From positions 32,001 to 96,000 of the IMG/VR virus record IMGVR_UViG_3300030419_003589: a DNA stretch of 64,000 nt, one strand, 5' to 3'. Both the position numbers and the translations under genes were made by a program. This document shows, in pieces, positions 39,474 through 47,252 of the stretch. The notes beneath the pieces are model-generated. The model saw only the letters and a list, made by a program, of their open reading frames with translations. It was not told the DNA's origin and did no database searches. Origin of the DNA: a virus. Position 1 is the stretch's first letter. The number at the start of each line of letters is the position of its first letter.

Positions 39474-41042
39474 TTAAATTTCATGAATTTTATCGACAAT
39501 AAATGAGTTGTCTTTATCTACATCTCCACACAGCATGAGGTTGTTGCCCTCATATAAAATATACTGGTATTTGTCTCTAGCATCGGGGAAAACAATGACA
39601 CTGTCTAGTGAGCAGGTCATATCCTCAATAGTGAGAAACGACATGGTTCTGCCCTTCTGCTTGCTGCCCTTCTTGTTGATCTTATGGTTAGCCACCCTCT
39701 GAATATTGGCTACAATACATATGTCTTTGCCGTGTTTTCCGTCCATAATTTCCTTACAGGTTGTGTTGGCTATTGAGGTATCAACAGCGTCAACCTTGGA
39801 GTAAGACACTGGACACCCCAGCATTTTGGTCTCCTGCTCAATAATCCAAGCCGGATCATCATCCAGACTGTAAGGGGGATTCTCCAAAAGCTCTATTTCA
39901 TTCTCAACAATCTGACTGCGATTCACATTACTGCACCCGCCGCCCAGTTTTTTGGTGGGGGCAAGATCTCTGAAGCATTCCTCTAATTTTTCCCATTTAT
40001 TTATTGGGTATTTTGAGGTGACCCATTTGACCTCAGTCTTGGTAAGCTCCCTGAAGATCAGGTATTCATACAATGCTTGATTTCTAGTTACTCCCGTTGA
40101 CTTGGTAGAGAAGAAGCCTATAGAGGCCAAGGCTTTGAAGGCCGTGGAATTAATCTTAGGGGATAAATAGATCAGAATGTCCATCCATGTAAAATTCTCT
40201 GCTTCTTTACCTAGTTCTTCCGTTGCTTCAGAAATAGCACTGACCACTTTGTCGCCCGTAACTCCGGTTAGCCCCTTTACGTCTTTGACTCCAAATTGTA
40301 CGTTATCACCAAAGATAGCAAATTTTTTAGAGAAATTACTTAGTTTAGGAACCTTTACTTCAATATTAAATAGTTTAGCTTCGTTTACTAGCTCATAGAT
40401 TTCTTGGTGCGGGTCTTGCTTCTCATTTGCGTAGTATAGGTACGACAAGAAGAACTCTTTGGTGTTGTTGGCCTTATAGTACGCAGACCAGTAAGAGTCC
40501 AAAGCATAGGCTACGGCGTGGGACTTATTAAATGAATATCTAGATGATTTTTCAATCCACCCAAAGATTTCCTTGGCCGTTTCTTCATCAACAATACCCT
40601 GCTGCTTGCATCCATCGACAAACTCGCCACGTATTTTAGCCATAAGGTCTGCCTTCTTTTTACCAATGGCCTTTCTGAGATTGTCGGCTTCTTGCTCATT
40701 AAATCCTGCCAACTTCACGGCAATAAGCATTGCCTGCTCTTGGTAGACAAGAACTCCATACGTAGGCTTAAGTATTGTCTCTAGAGATGGATGTAGATAA
40801 GATACCTCCTCCTTATTATGCTTCCTGTCAACAAATCGCTGAGTCATTGACTTTCCATCAATAACGGCTTTCAGACATCCGGGCCTAATTAAAGCAATTA
40901 ATGCCGCAAGTTCCTCTAGGTTTTTAGGTGCTAATCTCTTTGACCATGCTCTACCGAGATTGCTCTCAAGCTGAAAGACCCCCTTAGTTAGGCCTTCCTC
41001 ATAGAGGCTCCAAGATTTTTTATCATTTCTATCTATAATCAT
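39474..41042 (-). CDS. dnaE: DNA polymerase III alpha, C-terminal half (fingers/HhH/OB)
   Basis: GVFQLES, ALIALIRPG, TYGVLVYQEQ, LRKAIGKKK, RYSFNKSHAVAY, FGVKDVKG, MSFLTIED. Confidence 0.93.
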   Translation of the reverse strand: MIIDRNDKKSWSLYEEGLTKGVFQLESNLGRAWSKRLAPKNLEELAALIALIRPGCLKAVIDGKSMTQRFVDRKHNKEEVSYLHPSLETILKPTYGVLVYQEQAMLIAVKLAGFNEQEADNLRKAIGKKKADLMAKIRGEFVDGCKQQGIVDEETAKEIFGWIEKSSRYSFNKSHAVAYALDSYWSAYYKANNTKEFFLSYLYYANEKQDPHQEIYELVNEAKLFNIEVKVPKLSNFSKKFAIFGDNVQFGVKDVKGLTGVTGDKVVSAISEATEELGKEAENFTWMDILIYLSPKINSTAFKALASIGFFSTKSTGVTRNQALYEYLIFRELTKTEVKWVTSKYPINKWEKLEECFRDLAPTKKLGGGCSNVNRSQIVENEIELLENPPYSLDDDPAWIIEQETKMLGCPVSYSKVDAVDTSIANTTCKEIMDGKHGKDICIVANIQRVANHKINKKGSKQKGRTMSFLTIEDMTCSLDSVIVFPDARDKYQYILYEGNNLMLCGDVDKDNSFIVDKIHEI

Positions 41043-41063
41043 CTTAACTCAATATTACTAGGG

Positions 41064-41738
41064 CTAAACAAAAAGCTTACCGTCTGCGAAAGCTTTTTCA
41101 AATTTCATATTTCTGTAAACTGCTCTTCTGGATTTTTGTAGCTTGATAAAGATATTTGCGGTATCCTTAACGTCCTGAAGTGCGTCGTGAGCATTTTCAC
41201 TGGATAGCCCCATTCGTTCTCTTAGACTATCCATACTGATAGACTTAACATTAGGATCTCCCTCAGTCCAAAGCCAAACGTCGTCCATAACGTCAATTTT
41301 ATAAATTTGGTGGAACAGTTTTTGTTGTTGCCGCTTGTCATCCCAAGGGCCGTATTCCTTGCACAGTCGATTCACGATATGCATATCATACCCAATGATG
41401 TTAAAACCGGCGGGAATAGGTGCAAAATAAGACGTACCCTTCCAGTTATATTTATCAACAAAGGCGCAGAACTTTTTCCAGACACCTTTAGGTAGGGGCG
41501 CTCTTGCTAGTTGCGACCTAGTTTGCCCAGTGACTTTCAGTGCCCCCTCTTCAACAGGATCAACACCTGCTGCTATAGCCTTTTCGTCATCCAGTATTGG
41601 ACGCATCATGCTATTGAACTCACCTTTAAGCCTAAAATTTCTACCATCTAAGGCGATGGCTGCGATTTGTGTAGGTTGGCATCTCATCGGGTTACGACCA
41701 CCCGTTTCAAAGTCAAACACTATAATGTCTCTATTCAT
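41064..41738 (-). CDS. DEDDh 3'-5' exonuclease (DnaQ/epsilon-like)
   Basis: VFDFETGG (ExoI), GFNIIGYD (ExoII), HDALQD (ExoIII). Confidence 0.88.
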   Translation of the reverse strand: MNRDIIVFDFETGGRNPMRCQPTQIAAIALDGRNFRLKGEFNSMMRPILDDEKAIAAGVDPVEEGALKVTGQTRSQLARAPLPKGVWKKFCAFVDKYNWKGTSYFAPIPAGFNIIGYDMHIVNRLCKEYGPWDDKRQQQKLFHQIYKIDVMDDVWLWTEGDPNVKSISMDSLRERMGLSSENAHDALQDVKDTANIFIKLQKSRRAVYRNMKFEKAFADGKLFV

Positions 41739-43359
41739 GAATAGTCTCCTTGATTAACATCAATTTGTCTAGTAGATTGATGCCTAGTACGTCAAATTTA
41801 ACATGTCCTAAAGATTCAAGATCTGCCATTTCTAGACCAGCGATTTTCTCTTTTCCACTTCTTTGGTTTACCATAGGGCAAACTGTGTAAAGCGGTTCTG
41901 CTGAAATAACTACGCCAGCGGCGTGTTTGCCTTGAGTTTTAAAAGTCCCTTCAATGTCTATTGCCTGCTGAAAGAATTCCGCATAGTCTCCTTGCAGTTG
42001 TCCCTTATCATTTACAAAACAGTAGTCACGAAGGTCGTCTGCGTTATTAATTAATGCCCACCTAATGATAGACCTATCTTCCTCGTCCATCTCTGCTAGT
42101 TGGTCAGAGATAGCCGCCTCATCTGGGATGTATTTAGTTATTTCATTCATCTCACCAAAGCCGCAAGCGCTGTTGACCCTGAGAACTTCTTTGATAGCAC
42201 TCCTACCCTGTAGTCTCCCAAACGTGAGCATTTGGCTAACATTGTCGCTTCCGTATGTCTCTTTAAGATAAGAAATGATTTCATCACGTTTACCGCCCGG
42301 AACATCAATATCAATATCTGGGAGGGAGATGTGATCCTCTGTATTACGCCCAGCGTTATAGAATCTTTCAAACAATAAATCAAATTCGATGGGGTCAATC
42401 TGCGTGATCCCTATGAGGTAGGAAATCAGACATCCGGCGGCAGATCCTCTACCCGGACCAACAAGCCAACCCTGCCCCTTGCAATACTCGATAATGTCCC
42501 ATACGATTAAGAAGTAACCGAATAGATTGGCTTCTTCTATGACCTGATACTCCTTTCTGAATCTATCTCCGTACTCCTTTTTCTTGTCCTCGTCAGTAAT
42601 TGTTTCGCCAAGGAGTTTTGTCCAACCTTCTCTGGCCAAATCTCTTAGATAGTCCTTTTGAGAATTCCCTTTAGGGGTTTGGAAGTCAGGCAGCATTGGC
42701 TGGTTCAGTATGTTATAGTTCTCGCACTTATCGTATATTTCTTTAAAAAGATTCGGTTGGGGATCTTCTATTAGCAGCTCTGTGGCTCCGATTTTATCTC
42801 TAACAAAGAAGTCATTCGACTCAAAGAAAATTTGATTTTCAACCTCTTGCCCCTTATTTAGTGCCCTACTGATTTTTGGCATAGTGGTCTTCATCTTTGA
42901 GCAGAGTATAATCCTATGAAGAACTGCGTCCTCTTTCTCTGTATAGTAGCTTACATGAAGGGAATCGGTGTGTTCGTAAAAGTCGTCGCCCTTAATTGGC
43001 GAAAGAGATTCGTTCTTGGCGACAGATATAAGATTGCGACCGTTGCCGAGCTTCACTATTAGGGAGTGGTCTGGCTTTTGTTCTTCAGATATTGAGGATA
43101 CTATTTGTATCAACTCCAGCCAGCCATCTTTATTCTTAGCGAACAGCGTGAAGTCATCGAACGCGCATCCTATAATTGGCTTTATATCCTGTGCTAGGCA
43201 GGCTTTGTAGAACGCAACTGCTCCGGATACGCTTTTATAATCAGCTATACCGCAGGCTCTATAATGATTGTCAGAGCATTTTTTCGCTAGCTGCTTCGGT
43301 TTAGAGAAACCTTTTTGCAGAGAGTAGTGTGTATAATTACACAGTGGAAACCAGTCCAT
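41731..43359 (-). CDS. dnaE: DNA polymerase III alpha, N-terminal half (PHP + catalytic palm)
   Basis: THYSL, IKPIIG, GPGRGSAAG, LLFERF, SLPDIDID, GKHAAGVVI, KFDVLG. Confidence 0.93.
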   Translation of the reverse strand: MDWFPLCNYTHYSLQKGFSKPKQLAKKCSDNHYRACGIADYKSVSGAVAFYKACLAQDIKPIIGCAFDDFTLFAKNKDGWLELIQIVSSISEEQKPDHSLIVKLGNGRNLISVAKNESLSPIKGDDFYEHTDSLHVSYYTEKEDAVLHRIILCSKMKTTMPKISRALNKGQEVENQIFFESNDFFVRDKIGATELLIEDPQPNLFKEIYDKCENYNILNQPMLPDFQTPKGNSQKDYLRDLAREGWTKLLGETITDEDKKKEYGDRFRKEYQVIEEANLFGYFLIVWDIIEYCKGQGWLVGPGRGSAAGCLISYLIGITQIDPIEFDLLFERFYNAGRNTEDHISLPDIDIDVPGGKRDEIISYLKETYGSDNVSQMLTFGRLQGRSAIKEVLRVNSACGFGEMNEITKYIPDEAAISDQLAEMDEEDRSIIRWALINNADDLRDYCFVNDKGQLQGDYAEFFQQAIDIEGTFKTQGKHAAGVVISAEPLYTVCPMVNQRSGKEKIAGLEMADLESLGHVKFDVLGINLLDKLMLIKETIHE

Positions 43360-43391
43360 AGTAATCCTTCAATATTAAGTTAGAGACTATT

Positions 43392-43742
43392 CTACCTAAG
43401 TCTCGAATCAATCTTTAATGTGGACTTTATCCCGCCACGAGGGTTAAAACCCGCTTCTACAACCAACGTATATGGGGTGAAGACCTCCATAATGTGATCA
43501 TAAAGGGTATTAATAAATCTCTCATATGAGAGTCTGTTGTTACGAAAACTATAAATATACTTCTTAAACGACTTGAGTTCAATCACAGAGTCACTGGGTA
43601 CCATAGTTAGGGTAACAAATCCAAAGTCTGGCTGATCTTTGTCTCCCAAGAACGTAAGCTCGGGACAGTCGATGGTAATTTCATAAACATCCTTTGAAGG
43701 ATTCTTGATTCCTTGCAGGATCGACTTGTCGCCCCACACCAT
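43392..43742 (-). CDS. queF: QueF-family T-fold protein lacking the catalytic Cys
   Basis: CPELTFLGDKDQPDF, IELKSFKKYIYSFRN, SYE, FNPRGGI align with unimodular QueF (CPEFTSLCPxTGQPDF, ESKSLKLYLFSFRN, PRGGI). Confidence 0.8.
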   Translation of the reverse strand: MVWGDKSILQGIKNPSKDVYEITIDCPELTFLGDKDQPDFGFVTLTMVPSDSVIELKSFKKYIYSFRNNRLSYERFINTLYDHIMEVFTPYTLVVEAGFNPRGGIKSTLKIDSRLR

Positions 43743-43791
43743 ATTGTATACCTCTTCTCAATACCTCGTTCAATAATACCCGATTTGTATT

Positions 43792-43820
43792 ATTATAGTC
43801 CAGCGAGGAGTATTCTCCAA
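43792..43820 (-). promoter_or_regulatory. Putative sigma70-like promoter for the queF-like/dnaE block
   Basis: On the - strand TTGGAG, 17-nt spacer, TATAAT, in an 86-nt intergenic gap. Confidence 0.6.
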
Positions 43821-43828
43821 GGTGTTTT

Positions 43829-44497
43829 CTAGAAGTTTCTTAGTTCGGGGAACAATTCATACCTAATATTTTCCCATACCGCTCCAGAGATTATCATAGA
43901 AGCCTCATTGTCTGATGGATAATGCACTCCTTGGAGCATCCTAGCCGCCCCAGCTGAGGAAACTTTAGAGAAAAATTCAGATGAATACTCTGGATATTTT
44001 GCTGATAATATATAAGCCCCAAGAGCAGCGTACGCCGTGTGACCAGAAGGGTAGGCTGGCGTATGGTGACTGCTGGTTTGAGTGACTTTTATCTTAATGT
44101 CATACATGGGTGCCAACTGATAGGGTCTGGGTCTATTAAATTTATACTTTAAATTTTTAATGACCGGAGACATGATATCCCAAGCCTTGCTGAATATATC
44201 GTAGGGGAATTCCAGCCCATGTTTTTTCAAAGTTTTGTGATAAAGAAGATTTGGGTTGGCGTCTACCATCTTAATTAAGTCTAACTGAGAGTTGCTTAGA
44301 CTTCTTGTTAGTTCAGATATGTAAACTAACTCCTTCTTGGTGGTTTCGCTGCCATTGGTTGGCGGGTCGGCTAGAACGTTGTCCCAACCGATAGTAACCG
44401 CCTGCGGAACTTCAAAGGTCTTCTTTTCGTCGCTATATCTTAGCTTGTCTATCTTTTCTAGAATAACCTTATTTAAATCGTCTATATACTTATTCAT
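43829..44497 (-). CDS. PAP2-superfamily phosphatase/haloperoxidase-fold protein
   Basis: KYKFNRPRP (C1), YPSGH (C2), RMLQGVHYPSD (C3). Confidence 0.88.
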   Translation of the reverse strand: MNKYIDDLNKVILEKIDKLRYSDEKKTFEVPQAVTIGWDNVLADPPTNGSETTKKELVYISELTRSLSNSQLDLIKMVDANPNLLYHKTLKKHGLEFPYDIFSKAWDIMSPVIKNLKYKFNRPRPYQLAPMYDIKIKVTQTSSHHTPAYPSGHTAYAALGAYILSAKYPEYSSEFFSKVSSAGAARMLQGVHYPSDNEASMIISGAVWENIRYELFPELRNF

Positions 44498-44792
44498 TAT
44501 TGACCATCATGGGTTTTTTAATTGTTTTTGTTTTATCGTCCATTTGTTCGCATATTGGGCACATCTGCTGCGCTCCCGGCGGATGAAGTCCGATTTGATG
44601 ATGTATCATTAGAATCCCTTTAAATAGCTGAGTGTCTCTCATCATCGTCTGTTCTTGTAGGATTTTCATCTCTGGATAGGGAGCAACAACAACCGTGGGT
44701 TTTTTGAGTTCCCTAAACATGTACGCATTAAAGGCCAAGTTACATATACTAAGAGCGAACAGCACATATGCTGCACATTTAAAAAATTTCAT
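44490..44792 (-). CDS. Small membrane-anchored/secreted protein with His/Cys motif
   Basis: Hydrophobic N-terminus AAYVLFALSICNLAFNAY; HHQIGLH...CPIC. Confidence 0.65.
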   Translation of the reverse strand: MKFFKCAAYVLFALSICNLAFNAYMFRELKKPTVVVAPYPEMKILQEQTMMRDTQLFKGILMIHHQIGLHPPGAQQMCPICEQMDDKTKTIKKPMMVNNE

Positions 44793-44803
44793 TTTGACAC
44801 CTA

Positions 44804-46018
44804 TTAGGAAAATAGTTCAGTGATTACTTTTCCTGAATTAGCTATTTTCATAGGTCGCCCACTATTACTTGTGTAAGTGGTTTGTAGCGAAATGCCAAGT
44901 GCCTTACAGATTGAGGCCATGACATCTTGGGAGGAATAAGGCTCTGTCTCCACTCTGGTACCATCTTTGTTTGTTGCACCAATGGCGATACCACCATTCA
45001 TGCCAGCACCACCAACGACAACGCTCCAACTTCGCGCCCAATGGTCACGACCGGCGTTCCCGTTGATACGTGGAGTTCGACTAAATTCGCCCATCCATAT
45101 GATAGCTGTATCCTCCAATAACCCTCTTTGCTCTAAATCCTCTACTAATGCGCTCATACCTTGATCTAGCATGGGCAACTTTGTGTCTCTTAAAGTCGGG
45201 AAGATGTTCTGATGGTTATCCCATCCACCAAGGCCTACTTCAATAAATGGAACACCAACTTCTACTAAGCGTCTAGCCATTAGACACCCTTTACCGAAGC
45301 TGTTGTCTCCATATCTTTCCTTTACATTTTCTGGTTCGTTTGCTACCTTCATCGCATCCATCTCTTTGCTAGTGAGAACGTTGAAGGTTTTTCTTAACAC
45401 CTTTTGGTGCTCTTTGGCTAATGATCCCCTATTACTGTTTATAAAATTGGTTTCCATCATATCTAGAACATGTGCCCTTTGATAAAATCTTTGATCTATT
45501 TTCATATCTAGATTTCTAATCCTGCCGTCGCTATTTACAGCGAAGGGATTATATTGAGCACCTAAAAATCCAGCACCCTGACTTGGGCCATTCACGGAAA
45601 CGAATTGCGGAATTAAAAGATCTTGTTTCTCTAGCTGTTTAGAAATAACTGAGCCATAGCTCGGATGAACCATGTTTGGGTTGGGGACATATCCAGTGTG
45701 CATATAATAGCGTCCACGCATGTGGTCAGCTTCACGAGTACTCATACTGCGAATGATTGCCATATTATGCATCTGTTTTGCCATCAACGGCATGTGTTCG
45801 CAAATCTCTACATCCCCAGTTGTGCTCACGGGCTTAAACGGGCCTCCAGTCGGCGCGTCTGGTTTTAAGTCCCAGATATCCATAGTAGAAGGGCCGCCTC
45901 CCATCCACAAGAGAATGGCCGACTTCCCATTTTTCTTCAATTCTTGCTGGTTGGCTTTGAGTGTTTGCGTCAAAGCAGCAATTCCAGCTAGTGATGATAA
46001 AAACTCTCTTCTTTTCAT
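44804..46018 (-). CDS. DUF1501-family protein with Tat signal (copy 1)
   Basis: MKRREFL...LKA signal; LWMGGGPSTMDIWDLKP, GGWDNH, WMGEFSRTPRIN..AGRDHW. Confidence 0.9.
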   Translation of the reverse strand: MKRREFLSSLAGIAALTQTLKANQQELKKNGKSAILLWMGGGPSTMDIWDLKPDAPTGGPFKPVSTTGDVEICEHMPLMAKQMHNMAIIRSMSTREADHMRGRYYMHTGYVPNPNMVHPSYGSVISKQLEKQDLLIPQFVSVNGPSQGAGFLGAQYNPFAVNSDGRIRNLDMKIDQRFYQRAHVLDMMETNFINSNRGSLAKEHQKVLRKTFNVLTSKEMDAMKVANEPENVKERYGDNSFGKGCLMARRLVEVGVPFIEVGLGGWDNHQNIFPTLRDTKLPMLDQGMSALVEDLEQRGLLEDTAIIWMGEFSRTPRINGNAGRDHWARSWSVVVGGAGMNGGIAIGATNKDGTRVETEPYSSQDVMASICKALGISLQTTYTSNSGRPMKIANSGKVITELFS

Positions 46019-46022
46019 AATA

Positions 46023-46772
46023 TTACCAAGCCTTACAAGACCAGTAGCGAGCTTTCCAGCGAGGGCCGGGATTGTCGCAGTTATGTCTTGCCCTGAAACT
46101 TTTCCTTCTTTTTGGATTATCTTTTTTGATCTTCATGTTGGGATCGCCAAAGTTTACTTTAACAACATTGCCTTTATCGTTCTTGACGTATACCGATCTT
46201 TTCTTAGGCCCATCTGGAGTTAAAAATGGCTTTCCAAGCTTTACTTTCCTACCTTGATATTCTGCTGCCCGAACTGGTATTAGGACTCGGCCATTTTTCC
46301 TGTATACACCCTGACGTTTATACGTATAAACCTCTCCTGTCTTAGGATCTTCATACTTATACTCGTTTTGTGCTTTCTTCCAAGATTCTGGATCTGGACG
46401 ATCAGGATCTCCGCGTTTTGCGGGTTTATACTTCTTGCCCTCCCTTTCCTTTTTCTTGCGAATGTTTTCCCATAGTCCGGGCTTTGCTTCAGACACATCC
46501 CATTCTTCTGATTCTTCTCCCCAGTCTTCGTATTCAGCCTCAGCGGGTATATAGAAATTATCTTCTGTCAGCTCTTCTTCAGAGCCGTAATTTTCAAAAT
46601 AAGATCTAAAGTCAGCGGCCTCTACAATGCTAGAATACTCCGTTGCTTTGCTCATACAAACCGCAGTTCTTTGCTTCTGATCTGGGTATTCGGACTTCAT
46701 CTTGTCACTACTCATACAGCGCGACATAAAGTCCTTTGGTTTCTCTTTCCTATCTTTAGATGGCAAAGGCAT
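46023..46772 (-). CDS. Modular basic phage protein
   Basis: Modules DFMSRCM..YPDQKQRTAVC, KPGLWENIRKK and AEYQGRKVKLGKPF...VNFGDPNM..RRKSFRARHNC..ARYWSCKAW, which I recognise from hypothetical proteins of large aquatic phages. Confidence 0.7.
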   Translation of the reverse strand: MPLPSKDRKEKPKDFMSRCMSSDKMKSEYPDQKQRTAVCMSKATEYSSIVEAADFRSYFENYGSEEELTEDNFYIPAEAEYEDWGEESEEWDVSEAKPGLWENIRKKKEREGKKYKPAKRGDPDRPDPESWKKAQNEYKYEDPKTGEVYTYKRQGVYRKNGRVLIPVRAAEYQGRKVKLGKPFLTPDGPKKRSVYVKNDKGNVVKVNFGDPNMKIKKDNPKRRKSFRARHNCDNPGPRWKARYWSCKAW

Positions 46773-46781
46773 AAATTTCTC

Positions 46782-47252
46782 CTAAAATCTGAAGTGAAAA
46801 AATAATCCGCTAAACGGTGTAGGGTACACCGGTACGGGTTGTGGCTGTATAATTACAGGAGGGTGATATACTCTGTAAAAGCCATGTATTGGATGATACC
46901 TAGTTTCTACGGAAGGGTAATAAAATGGGTGAACATATGGTCTACCAATTATTATGCTTCCATGTCTATAGTTGTGGCTAGGTCTGACCTGTTGCTGTTG
47001 CTGCTGAGGTTTTTGCCACTCTTGTTTTCCAAACCCCGCAGGTCTTTGTATAGGTCTTCCAAAGCCTTGAGGTAATTGTGGCTTCACGGCGGCTGGTGGC
47101 CTCGCAGTAGTTGGGGGTGCGACGACCCTTCGCTGTTGGGATGACTGAGGCCTCGCCGTAGTCGGAGGTTTAATAACCTTGCGTTCAGGCTGTTCCGCAT
47201 TTAAAGAAAGTGGCACAAATAATAAACATAGTAGTGATGCTAAATATTTCAT
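46782..47252 (-). CDS. Secreted Pro/Gln/Tyr-rich low-complexity protein
   Basis: Sec-type signal MKYLASLLCLLFVPLSLNA; PPTTARP x2; Q run; ends SGLFFHFRF. TAATG-coupled to DUF1501 copy 2. Confidence 0.75.
   Translation of the reverse strand: MKYLASLLCLLFVPLSLNAEQPERKVIKPPTTARPQSSQQRRVVAPPTTARPPAAVKPQLPQGFGRPIQRPAGFGKQEWQKPQQQQQQVRPSHNYRHGSIIIGRPYVHPFYYPSVETRYHPIHGFYRVYHPPVIIQPQPVPVYPTPFSGLFFHFRF

Noticed and set aside
39474-43359. Split intein or frameshift explanation for the two dnaE pieces
   Set aside because: No C/S-start or HN-end intein segments are present. A complete 224-aa exonuclease gene separates the pieces, and the FNKSH region is uninterrupted.
47098-47169. Imperfect 21-nt direct repeat as a DGR template/variable pair
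   Set aside because: The differences are synonymous within a PPTTARP peptide repeat and are not adenine-specific, and there is no reverse transcriptase in the window.
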